Positions 19,003 through 28,316 of a stretch of DNA of 64,000 bases are shown in pieces; the first letter of the stretch is position 1, and the number at the start of each line of letters is the position of its first letter. This DNA comes from Abditibacterium sp. (GTDB taxonomy: Bacteria; Armatimonadota; Abditibacteriia; Abditibacteriales; Abditibacteriaceae), in assembly GCA_965246885.1 (NCBI GenBank), contig OZ251992.1, positions 1,152,001 to 1,216,000 on the forward strand, in the 5' to 3' direction. Position numbers and translations under genes: made by a program. The notes beneath the pieces were generated by a model. It worked only from the letters and a program-made list of their open reading frames with translations, did no database searches and was not told where the DNA came from.

Positions 19003-19770
19003 ATGTTCCGTTTAGATCAAAGGAGCGCGCTCGTGACGGGCGCGGCGTCGGGTATTGGTGAAGCTATCGCCCGCGTTTTCGCGCGCGCCGGAGCCTATGT
19101 TTTGGTTTGCGACCTCGACGAAGAAGGCGGCCACCGCGTTGCTAAATCGCTGCGCGCCGACGGCGGCGCGGGCGAGTTCGTGAGGCTTAACGTGGCCGAC
19201 GCCGGGGAGTGCGAGCGGGTCGCGGCTGAGGTTTTGGCGGCGCGCGGGTGCGTGGATGTGCTGGTCAACAACGCGGGAATCGGCGCGGTGGGAACCATTC
19301 TCGAAGCTGACCCCGACGATCTCCTCCGTTTGTGGAGCGTGAACGTGGATGGAGTATGGAATCTGTCGCGCGCCTTGTTGCCTTCGATGATTGCATCGGG
19401 CGGCGGCGCGATTATCAACATGGCCTCGATTGGCGGGGTCATCGGCATCCGCGACCGCGCGGCGTATTGCACCACCAAGTTCGCCGTCGTCGGGCTGACC
19501 AAAAGCATGGCGCTCGATCATGCGGCGCAAGGCGTGCGCGTCAACTGCATCTGTCCCGGTAGGGTGGAGACCCCTTTCGTTGCCGCGCGCATCGCCGAGT
19601 ATCCCGACCCGCAAGCGGCCTACGCGCAAATGAGCGCGACGCAGGCGCTTGGCCGCATGGCGCGGCCCGAAGAGATCGCCGCCGCCGCGCTTTATCTGGC
19701 GAGCGAGGAGGCGGCCTTCATCACCGGAACGGCGTTCCTCATAGACGGCGGTTGGAGCGCGGGAAAGTAA
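19003..19770 (+). CDS. Short-chain dehydrogenase/reductase
   Basis: TGAASGIG, NNAG, YCTTK, VNCICPG. Confidence 0.95.
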   Translation: MFRLDQRSALVTGAASGIGEAIARVFARAGAYVLVCDLDEEGGHRVAKSLRADGGAGEFVRLNVADAGECERVAAEVLAARGCVDVLVNNAGIGAVGTILEADPDDLLRLWSVNVDGVWNLSRALLPSMIASGGGAIINMASIGGVIGIRDRAAYCTTKFAVVGLTKSMALDHAAQGVRVNCICPGRVETPFVAARIAEYPDPQAAYAQMSATQALGRMARPEEIAAAALYLASEEAAFITGTAFLIDGGWSAGK

Positions 19771-19812
19771 GGGCAACTGGAACCCGTTGCGGCGCGGGCC
19801 GTCCAGAGCTTT

Positions 19813-20016
19813 GCTCTACCCCGTGCGTGGCGTCTGAGACAGTTTTGAGCCTACACCTTACTCTGAGGGAACCTTCCCCGAAGCAGGGACGAATGTAAGA
19901 GGATGCCCTCACGGGCGGCGGACTTGTCCCACCTTTTGCGACGCGAGAGCTTTGGACGGTGCCCACCTGCTTTACGCGGGTTCAACAACTTGACGAGGCA
20001 CGGCGGGGCGGAGAGC
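19813..20016 (+). ncRNA. ssrS: 6S RNA (probable)
   Basis: About 200-nt intergenic segment foldable as a rod: closing stem gctctaccccgtgc/gcacggcggggcggagagc, ttgagcc/ggttcaa, central bubble flanked by GGGA and CCCACCTGC...GCGGGTTCAA as in Firmicutes-type 6S RNAs; directly upstream of rarA. Boundaries approximate. Confidence 0.8.
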
Positions 20017-20114
20017 GACTTATACCCAAAGACGAAGCCCCGGCTTCGTCTTTTTTGTTTGCGCGCCCCTTTCCCCCACCGCGTGCGCAAACCCGCCACA
20101 CTGCTTCTTCGCCG

Positions 20115-21443
20115 ATGAACCTGTTCTCCTCCGAAGACTTGGCGCCGCCCGAACCGACTGCCGCGCCGTCCCCGTCGGGCGCCTTGCCGCTGGCGGCGCG
20201 GATGCGACCGCACTCGCTCGATGAGTTCGCGGGGCAAAAGCATCTCGTCGGGGTGGGAGCGCCGCTTCGCCGCGCGCTGGAGCGCGACCGCTTGCCCTCG
20301 TCCATCTTCTTCGGCCCCGCCGGAACCGGCAAAACCACGCTCGCGCGGCTTTTGGCGCACTTATCTAAAGCGCACTACGAGGAGTTCTCGGCCATCGGGG
20401 GCAGTGTCGCTGATGTGCGCAAGACCGCCGAGGGTGCCCGCTTGCGCGCGCGGGGTGGCGGGAAAACGCTCCTCTTTGTGGACGAGATTCACCGCTTCAA
20501 CCGCGCGCAGCAGGACGCTTTTTTGCCGCACGTCGAGGACGGAACGCTGGTGCTGGTCGGCGCCACGACCGAGAACCCACTCGCCTCGCTGAACGGCCCG
20601 CTTTTGTCGCGCTGTCGGATGTGGAAGTTTGAGCCGTTGGCCGAAGCGGAGATATTGGAACTGCTGGGCCGCGCCCTGTCCGACGAGCGCGGCTTGGGCG
20701 CTTTGGGATTGCGCGCCGAGGAGGACGCCCTCGCGTGGATCGCCCGCGCTTGCCGGGGTGATGCGCGCCTTGCGCTGGGCGCCTTGGAAATGAGCGCGGA
20801 CTTGGCGCAAAACGGCGCGCTGACGCTTGCGGATGTGCGGCGCACGCTGGGCGCGGATGCTTTCTACGACAAGTCGGGCGATGACCACTACGACACCATT
20901 TCGGCGTTCATCAAGTCCATCCGGGGGAGCGACCCCGACGCCGCGCTGTTTTGGATGATGCGCATGTTAGACGGCGGCGAAGACCCCGTCTTCGTCGCGC
21001 GCCGCTTGGTGATTGCCGCCAGCGAGGACATCGGCAACGCCGAACCGCGCGCCCTGCCGCTCGCAGTCGCGGCTTTGCAGGCCGTCGAGAAGATTGGCAT
21101 GCCGGAGTGCGCCATCCCGCTTGCGCAAGCCGCGACCTTTCTGGCAAGCGCCCCGAAGTCCAACGCCGCCTACGTTGGCATGAAGCGCGCGCGCGCCGCG
21201 AGTGAAAACGGCCAAACTGTGCGGGTGCCGCCGCACCTACGCTCGACGGCTTTGGGCGGCTCCAAAGAAAAGATGGGCAACGGCGAGGGGTATCTCAACC
21301 CGCACGAGTTCGGCGGCTTCGTGCCGCAGGACTACCTGCCGCCCGACCCGCACCGCGCGCCGTTTTACGAGGCAACCCAAAGCGGCGAGGAACGCGAGAT
21401 CGCGCGGCGACTCGAAGAGTGGTGGGGAAGTGGGGCGGAGTAG
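20115..21443 (+). CDS. rarA: Replication-associated recombination protein A
   Basis: PLAARMRP, GPAGTGKTT, DEIHRFN, GATTENP, YD.ISAFIKS.RGSDPDA, ASEDIGNA. Confidence 0.97.
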   Translation: MNLFSSEDLAPPEPTAAPSPSGALPLAARMRPHSLDEFAGQKHLVGVGAPLRRALERDRLPSSIFFGPAGTGKTTLARLLAHLSKAHYEEFSAIGGSVADVRKTAEGARLRARGGGKTLLFVDEIHRFNRAQQDAFLPHVEDGTLVLVGATTENPLASLNGPLLSRCRMWKFEPLAEAEILELLGRALSDERGLGALGLRAEEDALAWIARACRGDARLALGALEMSADLAQNGALTLADVRRTLGADAFYDKSGDDHYDTISAFIKSIRGSDPDAALFWMMRMLDGGEDPVFVARRLVIAASEDIGNAEPRALPLAVAALQAVEKIGMPECAIPLAQAATFLASAPKSNAAYVGMKRARAASENGQTVRVPPHLRSTALGGSKEKMGNGEGYLNPHEFGGFVPQDYLPPDPHRAPFYEATQSGEEREIARRLEEWWGSGAE

Positions 21444-21479
21444 GGCAGTGAGCTTATATTTACTATTGGGAAGGGAATT

Positions 21480-21884
21480 ATGGACTTAAAATGGCGAGTG
21501 AAATCATGGGGCGAAGCGACCTTGGTGGAAGTCGAGGGCGAGATAGATTTGCACTCGGCGCCGGGGTTCAAAGAGGCTTTGCTGCATTTGGGCGAGCCGC
21601 TTCCGACGCGCGTCGCGCTGGATATGAGCGGCGTGTCTTTCCTCGATTCGACGGGCATTGGCGCCTTGGTCGGAGTGCTGAAGAAAACGCGCGAGCGGGG
21701 TGGACAGATCGCCTTCTTTGGCGCCCAGCCGCGCGTGAAACGGGTGTTTGAAATCGCGGGCTTGTGGAAGGCGCTGCCGTTTCACGGGTCACGCGATGGC
21801 GCGCTGGCGGCCCTGCTTCCCGACGCCCCGTCCATTCCCTCGGACGCGGAGCGGTTGCCCCAAGGAGACGCCGATGGAAACTAA
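21480..21884 (+). CDS. STAS anti-sigma factor antagonist (RsbV-like)
   Basis: GEIDLHSA, DMSGVSFLDSTGIGAL (phospho-Ser motif). Confidence 0.93.
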   Translation: MDLKWRVKSWGEATLVEVEGEIDLHSAPGFKEALLHLGEPLPTRVALDMSGVSFLDSTGIGALVGVLKKTRERGGQIAFFGAQPRVKRVFEIAGLWKALPFHGSRDGALAALLPDAPSIPSDAERLPQGDADGN

Positions 21885-22362
21885 TCATCTGCCGCAACCC
21901 ACCCCGCCGCGCACAGCGCGTATCGAGCTTTCGATTCCGGCGCAGTCGCAGTGGGTGCGCGTGGCGCGTCTCACCGTCGCGGGCGTCGCGGCGCGGCAGG
22001 GATTTTCGGTCGAGGCGGTCGAAGACCTGAAGGTGGCCGTGTCGGAAGCGATTAACAACGCCATTCAGCACGGCTCGGCGCTGGATGAAAACGGTGAGGC
22101 GGCGAATGTGTGCATCGCGTTGGAGCCGCGCGCCGAGGGGTTGTGGATCGTTGTGACCGACGGCGGGCGCTTGCAGCAGCAGTTGTCGCTTGACAAGCCG
22201 GTGCCCGACGCGCCTTCCGACGCGGACTTGCCCGAAGGCGGCATGGGCTTGTTGCTGATCCGCTCCTTAATGGATCGGGTGGAACTTGCGGGCGGTGCCG
22301 ACGAGGACACGAGTTTGAAGATGTGGAAGGCGCTACCCAAGCGCGTCGGTGTGCGCTCCTAA
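21874..22362 (+). CDS. Anti-sigma factor Ser kinase (RsbW-like)
   Basis: VARLTVAGVA, EDLKVAVSEAINNAIQHG, VTDGG, EGGMGLLLIRSLMD. Confidence 0.93.
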   Translation: METNHLPQPTPPRTARIELSIPAQSQWVRVARLTVAGVAARQGFSVEAVEDLKVAVSEAINNAIQHGSALDENGEAANVCIALEPRAEGLWIVVTDGGRLQQQLSLDKPVPDAPSDADLPEGGMGLLLIRSLMDRVELAGGADEDTSLKMWKALPKRVGVRS

Positions 22363-22370
22363 AGCACTCC

Positions 22371-23306
22371 ATGAACGATTCGTTCGATTCATTCCCTCCT
22401 TCGCCCCCGCGCGAAGCAGACGGCGGCGACGCTCCGGCACCCGTGCGCATGACGCCGCGCGTCCATCCCCTGCCGCCACCCATTGAGGGCGAGACGCTGG
22501 TCATCGCCGAGTCGTCCGTGTGGAACGAAACCGAGCGGGCGATCTGGGAATCGCCCAACATGGGCCGCTACGACAACGAGGAGTTCGACCGCCTGTTCGC
22601 GCTGTGGAAGCAGAACTCCGACCCGCGTTTGCGCGAGCGGCTAATTTTGATGCACCGCAACCTCGTCACCTTTTTGGCGCGGCGCTTCGCCGAGCGGGGC
22701 GAACTGTTCGAGGACGTGATGCAAGTCGGGATGCTCGGACTTATCGGCGCCATTGACTCCTTCGACCCTGAGCGCGGCGTCAAATTCTCGACCTTCGCCA
22801 TCCCCACCATCGCGGGCGAAATCCGCCGCTTCTTCCGCGACAAAGTGTCGGGGATGCGCGTCCCGCGCCGCTTGCAAGAACTCTACACCTCCTTGCAAAC
22901 CCACATCGAGGAACTCACCCAAAACTTAGACCGCTCGCCCACCTACTCCGAAATCGCCGCCAGCTTGCACCTCGAAGTCGAGGAAGTCGTCGAGGCCCTC
23001 GAACTGGGCGCGGTTCTTGACCCCAACTCGCTTGATGACGCCGTGTTTGATGACGAGGAAGGCACCACCGTCGCCGACCGCATCGGCGCGCCCGACCCGC
23101 ACTTCGTCGCAATGGAGGAGCACTCCACCTTGCAAGCGGCGCTCGAACGCTTGGAGGAGAAGAAGCGGCGCGTGTTGGAATTGACTTACTTCGATGGCCA
23201 TTCGCAAGCCGATGTCGCCCGCCGCATGAACGTCTCGCAAATGCACGTCTCGCGCCTTGTCCGCCGCGCGCTCGCCGATTTGCGCGCGCTGTTGGACGAA
23301 GTGTGA
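22371..23306 (+). CDS. SigB/SigF/SigG-family RNA polymerase sigma factor
   Basis: FDPERGVKFSTFAIPTIAGEIRRFFRD, VPRRLQE, SQADVARRMNVSQMHVSRL. Confidence 0.94.
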   Translation: MNDSFDSFPPSPPREADGGDAPAPVRMTPRVHPLPPPIEGETLVIAESSVWNETERAIWESPNMGRYDNEEFDRLFALWKQNSDPRLRERLILMHRNLVTFLARRFAERGELFEDVMQVGMLGLIGAIDSFDPERGVKFSTFAIPTIAGEIRRFFRDKVSGMRVPRRLQELYTSLQTHIEELTQNLDRSPTYSEIAASLHLEVEEVVEALELGAVLDPNSLDDAVFDDEEGTTVADRIGAPDPHFVAMEEHSTLQAALERLEEKKRRVLELTYFDGHSQADVARRMNVSQMHVSRLVRRALADLRALLDEV

Positions 23307-23366
23307 GCCAAAACGCGGGACAAGCGGGCGCGCTATATTTTGAGGGCGAGTTTCCGCGTTTCCCTC

Positions 23367-24281
23367 ATGCGTCTTCAATCGAGTCACTCGTTTTATTCCT
23401 GCGCGGCGCACGACGATTTGTTGCGCGATTGGGAACTCGCGCGCGCCCAAGGCGGGGCGCTCGAACTCGACTTGCGCGCGGTCAACTTCTTCGACCCCTA
23501 CGGCATCGTGGCGCTTGTAGTGTTCTTGCAATCGTTGCCCGACACGGCGCTTCCCATCGCGCTGTCAATGAACGACTTTCCCCTTCCCAAGGGGCACGCG
23601 CCCGCCGAGGGCGGGGCCGTCGCGTATCTGACCGAAATGGGGTTTTGGGAGGAAGTCGGCCCGCGCTTAGCGGCGCCGCGCACTGCGCTTCCGGTGCGCC
23701 CGCAGTTTTCCGACGACAAGGGCGTCCTCATAGACGTGACCGTTATGCATACGCGCGATGCCGTGAGCGTGATGTTGCGCAAAAGCGGAGAACTCTTGCA
23801 AAGTCTGGGCTTTGGCCCCGTCGCCAAGATGCACGTTTTGCAAGTGCTGTCCGAACTATCGGGCAACGTCTTAGACCACGCCGGAAGCGAGATCGGCGGC
23901 GTGGTCACGAGCCAAATTTATCGCTCGCGGCGCTCTGGTGTGCGCTACTTGGTGATGAGCATCGGCGATGCGGGCATCGGTGTGCGCGCGTCGCTCGCGT
24001 CCAATCAGAAGTTGTGTTCGCGTCTCGATTCGGACGCAACCGCCCTTGGTATCGCGGTTGCGAGCGGCAACTCGCGCTTTGGCAGTGGAGGACGCGGCGG
24101 CGGTTTACCGTCGGTGTTGGAAATCGCCAAGCGCTATGGCGGCAGTGTCGCTATGCGGTCGGGGCGCGGCGCCCTTGCCTATCGCGGTGAAGACGACCAA
24201 AAGCGCGTCTTCGACGCCCCTTTCCAACTCGGCACGCAGATGCGCATTATGCTCCCTGAAAGCAGCTTGCGGGAAAAGTAG
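23367..24281 (+). CDS. STAS-like plus GHKL (HATPase_c) domain protein
   Basis: N-terminal LDLRAVNFFDPYG; C-terminal N-box SELSGNVLDHA, G1 GDAGIG, G2 GGGL. Confidence 0.7.
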   Translation: MRLQSSHSFYSCAAHDDLLRDWELARAQGGALELDLRAVNFFDPYGIVALVVFLQSLPDTALPIALSMNDFPLPKGHAPAEGGAVAYLTEMGFWEEVGPRLAAPRTALPVRPQFSDDKGVLIDVTVMHTRDAVSVMLRKSGELLQSLGFGPVAKMHVLQVLSELSGNVLDHAGSEIGGVVTSQIYRSRRSGVRYLVMSIGDAGIGVRASLASNQKLCSRLDSDATALGIAVASGNSRFGSGGRGGGLPSVLEIAKRYGGSVAMRSGRGALAYRGEDDQKRVFDAPFQLGTQMRIMLPESSLREK

Positions 24282-24284
24282 CCG

Positions 24285-25355
24285 TTACTTGATTGCGTCG
24301 GGCGCGACTTCGGCTTCATGGGCATGAACGGCGTCTTCACCCGCCAAATGCTCGGCGGCACTTGCGGCTTTGCCAACGACCTGAGCGACCTTGTCGAAGA
24401 CGTTGGGATGTGGCACTTCCTCATCGGCTGCAACAGTAGCACCAGTGGTTTCCATGTGGCCGAGCGGCTCGTAGGCTTCGACGCCCTGCGCTGATTGGAC
24501 AACGCGAACCGCGACTTCAACCACTGGGGCTGCGCTTGGCGCCATAACCGCGCTTTCCGTCGGTGTGGAGAACATTTCGAGGACTTCGGCCATCTTCTCG
24601 TCGCGGGCGGGTGGGGCAACTGGGCTAAGCTCGGTGGGCGATGGGGCGGCTGATTCAAGTTTGTCCGTCGCGTCGTCTTTGACTTTGGCCAATCGCTCCT
24701 CCAACGCCGAGCGCGAGTCGCCTCCCTTGCCTGACTTGAAGAAGTAGAGGAGAGCGGCGCTCACGAACACGAGGGCGCCCACCAGAAAAAGCAGTTTGGA
24801 GCCGCCGCTTTCTTTGGCCACGACGCGCGGCTCGTCTTGGAAGTCGTCGTAATCGGGGAGAGCAGCGACTTCGGCGGCGCGGATATGGGCGTCGTGGCGG
24901 GCTTGTGCCAATTCCTCGGCACGCGCTTCAAGGCGCTCTTGTTCGGCCTCGAACTCGGCGCGCTTTTGGGCGGCGTCGCGTTGCGCGCGTTCTAATTGCG
25001 CTTGCGCGGCGGCGTCGGCGTTGCGGGCGGCGCGCTCGGCCCCGCGAGCGGCGAGTTCGGCGGCTTGCTTGGCGCTTTGGGCTTTGATGGCGGCGGTCTC
25101 GACGGCGTCCGCGTCCTTTCCGCTCCCGTCAGCGGGATGTAACGCGCCCGCAACGGCGTCCCTGATTTCTTGAGCGACTCCCGCGAAGGAGTGAGCGGCG
25201 TCTCCGGCGAACTGCGGGGCGGCGCTTGCGGCAGAGCGGGCGCCCCCGATGGCAGTGCCGAGGGCGCTTTGCGCGGCATCGGCGGCGCTACTTGCGGCAG
25301 CGCTGGCGGCGCGGCGGGCTTGTTCCCATTTCGAGGGCGTCGGGCGGAAAAACAT
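24285..25355 (-). CDS. Ala-rich coiled-coil protein with one TM helix, unknown function
   Basis: Low-complexity Ala/Glu/Gln helical region, hydrophobic LLFLVGALVFVSAALLYFF; start uncertain. Confidence 0.65.
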   Translation of the reverse strand: MFFRPTPSKWEQARRAASAAASSAADAAQSALGTAIGGARSAASAAPQFAGDAAHSFAGVAQEIRDAVAGALHPADGSGKDADAVETAAIKAQSAKQAAELAARGAERAARNADAAAQAQLERAQRDAAQKRAEFEAEQERLEARAEELAQARHDAHIRAAEVAALPDYDDFQDEPRVVAKESGGSKLLFLVGALVFVSAALLYFFKSGKGGDSRSALEERLAKVKDDATDKLESAAPSPTELSPVAPPARDEKMAEVLEMFSTPTESAVMAPSAAPVVEVAVRVVQSAQGVEAYEPLGHMETTGATVAADEEVPHPNVFDKVAQVVGKAASAAEHLAGEDAVHAHEAEVAPDAIK

Positions 25356-25513
25356 GGTGATGAGCAGGGCGGCAAAGCTGGTGCCGCACCCGGTAGTGCA
25401 AATTTGGGCGCGCTTTGAAGAGGAGGTTTGGGCACAGGCGGCGTTTTGCGCTATTCTTTCTTCGCTGTTTTGGGCGCGCAAGCGAGACTTGGGCGTCTAA
25501 GGCACTCCCGTTT

Positions 25514-26077
25514 ATGGCTATCTCAACCGCAGATTTCAAAACCGGCCTCACCATCGAGTTCGATGGCAAGGTGTGGCAAATCCTCGAATTCCAACATGTC
25601 AAGCCCGGCAAGGGCGGCGCGTTCGTGCGCTCGCGCTTGCGTAACCTGCAAACCGGCACCACCTTGGAGCGCACGTGGCGCGCGGGCGAGGGCATGGAAG
25701 CCGCCGTCGTCGAGCGGCGCAACGTCGAGTTTCAATACCGCGACGGCGACGACTTCCACTTTATGGACATGACCGACTTCGAGCAAATGCAGCTTTCCAA
25801 AGCCCAAGTCGGCGACGCCGCCAAATACCTCAAGGACAACACCCCCGTCCAAATCACCACGTGGAAAAGCACCATCCTCGGCGTCGAACCGCCGCAAACG
25901 ATGGAGTTCAAAGTCGCCCAAACCGACCCCGGCTTGCGCGGGGATACGGCGCAAGGCGGTAGCAAACCCGCCACTCTCGAAACCGGCGCCGTCGTCACCG
26001 TTCCGCTCTTCGTCAATGAGGGTGAGATGATCCGCGTGGACACCCGCACGGGGACGTATTTAGAGCGCGTTAAGTAA
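25514..26077 (+). CDS. efp: Elongation factor P
   Basis: FQHVKPGKGGAFVR, PGLRGDTA, KPATLETG, VPLFVNEG..IRVDTR. Confidence 0.98.
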   Translation: MAISTADFKTGLTIEFDGKVWQILEFQHVKPGKGGAFVRSRLRNLQTGTTLERTWRAGEGMEAAVVERRNVEFQYRDGDDFHFMDMTDFEQMQLSKAQVGDAAKYLKDNTPVQITTWKSTILGVEPPQTMEFKVAQTDPGLRGDTAQGGSKPATLETGAVVTVPLFVNEGEMIRVDTRTGTYLERVK

Positions 26078-26092
26078 GGGCCGCGACTTTCC

Positions 26093-26983
26093 ATGATCGA
26101 GCGCCGCGAGTTCATTTCCATCTGCCGCCAAATCGGGACAATGATGGAAGTGGGCGTTGATTTCCTCCGCATCACGGGCGCCCTGCGCGCGCAGACGGAC
26201 AACGCGCGGCTGTTGGCGCTTTACGACCAACTCGACGACGACCTGCGCGCGGGCGACAGCTTGTCCGACGCCATGAGCCACGCGCCCGACGTGTTCTCTC
26301 CCTTCGCCGTGTCGCTCGTGCGCCAAGGCGAAGCGCGCGGCGACATCGAGGGCGCGTGGGCGCGTATCGCCGACTTTTACAAGGTCGAAGCGCGCGAAGA
26401 CATCGAATTGGGCGACGAGGCGGGCGCGCTCGAACCCATCGGCGCGCGCTTTCGCGGGCAAAACGCCGCCCTCTCGCGTCGCATCGGGCCGGGGATGGGG
26501 TATGAGCCGCTCGCGCTGGGCAGAATAGCGCTGGGGTTGGCGACCCTATTGGGGCTGTTGGCCGGAGTGCGCGCTTTGGTGGAAGTCGGCGCGTGGCCAA
26601 GCCGCTTCGAGTCGCTGGGCGAGTTGGGCGTGGCAGCGCTGTTCTTTCTTGTCGTGGGCGCCCGGCAAGGGCGCGCGCAACGGGCGGAAGAGGCGCAAGC
26701 GCGGTGCGCTTTTTGTAGGCGCGAAGCGGGCGCGGACGTGCTGCTCAGCTTCGCGCCGGACGCGGGCGGGAATGGCACGGTGGCCATTTGTTCGGAGTGC
26801 GCCGGACAAATCGTGACTGAGTCCCCGCGCTCACGCGCTCAGCGCGACGACGAAGAGCGCGAGCGCAACCGCATCTTGCGCGGAGTGGCCGATGCGTTGC
26901 CTCAAGATGACGGCGCCGCGCTCGACGACACCATCATCTTGGCCGACGACGACCCGCTCGCGCCCTCATCCCCGGTTCGCTAA
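26093..26983 (+). CDS. Single T2SS F/PilC domain, TM helices and C4 zinc-finger-like C-terminus
   Basis: CRQIGTMMEVGV, GDSLSDAM..PDVFSP..LVRQGEARGDI..RIADFY; two TM helices; CAFC...AICSEC. Confidence 0.75.
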   Translation: MIERREFISICRQIGTMMEVGVDFLRITGALRAQTDNARLLALYDQLDDDLRAGDSLSDAMSHAPDVFSPFAVSLVRQGEARGDIEGAWARIADFYKVEAREDIELGDEAGALEPIGARFRGQNAALSRRIGPGMGYEPLALGRIALGLATLLGLLAGVRALVEVGAWPSRFESLGELGVAALFFLVVGARQGRAQRAEEAQARCAFCRREAGADVLLSFAPDAGGNGTVAICSECAGQIVTESPRSRAQRDDEERERNRILRGVADALPQDDGAALDDTIILADDDPLAPSSPVR

Positions 26984-27040
26984 GCGTTTTCTGGACAATG
27001 GGAGGGGCCGGGGGCAGTCAAACTGTTCGCCACAGTTTCT

Positions 27041-27409
27041 ATGAACATCCTCTTGGTGGACGATAACGCGGAGCTACGCGAATTCTTGGCGCTTTCTTTA
27101 ACCGAAGCGAGCTTTGAAGTCGCCACTGCCGCCACTGGCGCCGACGCGTTAGCCAAATCCGAAGCGGGGCGCTACGACGTGTTCGTCATAGATTCCGTGC
27201 TCGATGGGGAAGATGGCCTCGAACTCGTCGGCAAACTGCGCGCGAGCAAAAACGGGAAGTCCACTCCCATCTTGTTGATGTCCGTCATCTCCACCGCGCT
27301 CGCGCGCCGCATGGCAAGCGCCGCCGGATGCGACGAATTCCTCATCAAACCCTTTGGCCAGACCCAACTCATAGAACACGTGCGCAACGTGGGACGCGCC
27401 AAACGGTAA
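27041..27409 (+). CDS. Single-domain response regulator (CheY-like receiver)
   Basis: ILLVDD, VIDSVL, DGLEL, PILLMS, KPF. Confidence 0.92.
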   Translation: MNILLVDDNAELREFLALSLTEASFEVATAATGADALAKSEAGRYDVFVIDSVLDGEDGLELVGKLRASKNGKSTPILLMSVISTALARRMASAAGCDEFLIKPFGQTQLIEHVRNVGRAKR

Positions 27410-27451
27410 GCGGGCGCCGTATGGCGCTCCGCCTTGGGGCCACAAGCCGCG

Positions 27452-27709
27452 CTATTCGATGACGTTGACGCGCGAGAACTGCACGTCCTTGACGCCGCGT
27501 ACGTTGCGCACGACGTTGACGAGGTTCAGGAACTCCTTGCGGACGTTGACCGAACCCATCGCGCCGCGCGGCGCGCGGACTTTGCCGTAGAGTTCGATGT
27601 TGCCGTTGCCGCACATGATCTCCATCTCGCAAATGTCCAGGTTGATGCGCGACGCCATCGAACGCACGTTCTTAGCGAGGTGGCGGTCTTCTTCTTTGGA
27701 TACGGGCAT
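27452..27709 (-). CDS. Small BON-like domain protein
   Basis: NGNIELYGKV...VRNVRGVKDV pattern; strong codon bias; start at MPVSKEE. Confidence 0.6.
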   Translation of the reverse strand: MPVSKEEDRHLAKNVRSMASRINLDICEMEIMCGNGNIELYGKVRAPRGAMGSVNVRKEFLNLVNVVRNVRGVKDVQFSRVNVIE

Positions 27710-28313
27710 CCCTATAGTTTGCGCCTTTTCGAGGGGAAGCATCCCTTGTGTGAGGCGACAAGCGCAGCACGAACGGCTCGAACTCGTCGGCGACAAGCCC
27801 CATCGTCAGCCCGCTTTTGCCCTGCAAGCGCACCACTATCACGTCGCGCGGCGGGAACTCGTCCCACACGAAATAGTGCCCGCCCGCCAAGCGCTGCACC
27901 GTCGAGGGCATCGGCGACACCACATGCACGTCCGCTTCGCGCGCGCTTTTCTGGCTCACGCGCAAGCGCAGGTTGCGAATCGGCTCGCGGTCGTCGCTTT
28001 GGCGGCTGCCCACATGCAGCGATAAAAGCAGGTCGCCGTGTCCTCTGGGAACAACGAACGGCGCCACCACAAGCGCGCCCCGGTCGTGCAAGCGCGTTTC
28101 GCGCGCGATGCCCACCGAAAGCAGTGCCAGCGTCGCCACGCCCGCGCCCACGCTAAACGCCCACACGAGCGTCTTCACCGGACGCGCGCCAAAGGTCGGC
28201 CACCAGCGCCGCTTGACGACCGACAAGTGCGAGCCGCACCCCTCGCACGTCGGAAACGCCGGGAACGATTCGAGGTTGACCAGCCCGCACGCCACGCATT
28301 TGACCCGTCGCAT
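27672..28313 (-). CDS. Hypothetical zinc-ribbon membrane protein
   Basis: CVACG...CEGCG followed by a TM helix; starts 3 bp after the rpe stop. Confidence 0.6.
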   Translation of the reverse strand: MRRVKCVACGLVNLESFPAFPTCEGCGSHLSVVKRRWWPTFGARPVKTLVWAFSVGAGVATLALLSVGIARETRLHDRGALVVAPFVVPRGHGDLLLSLHVGSRQSDDREPIRNLRLRVSQKSAREADVHVVSPMPSTVQRLAGGHYFVWDEFPPRDVIVVRLQGKSGLTMGLVADEFEPFVLRLSPHTRDASPRKGANYRDARIQRRRPPPR

Positions 28314-28316
28314 CGT

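Noticed and set aside
19780..20016. RNase P RNA, tmRNA or riboswitch
   Set aside because: No GAGGAAAGTCC or tRNA-like ends; length and motifs fit 6S RNA better.
21452..21478. SigB-type autoregulatory promoter GCTTAT-N15-GGGAAT
   Set aside because: The putative -10 ends 1 nt before the ATG and overlaps a likely SD, so the geometry is implausible.
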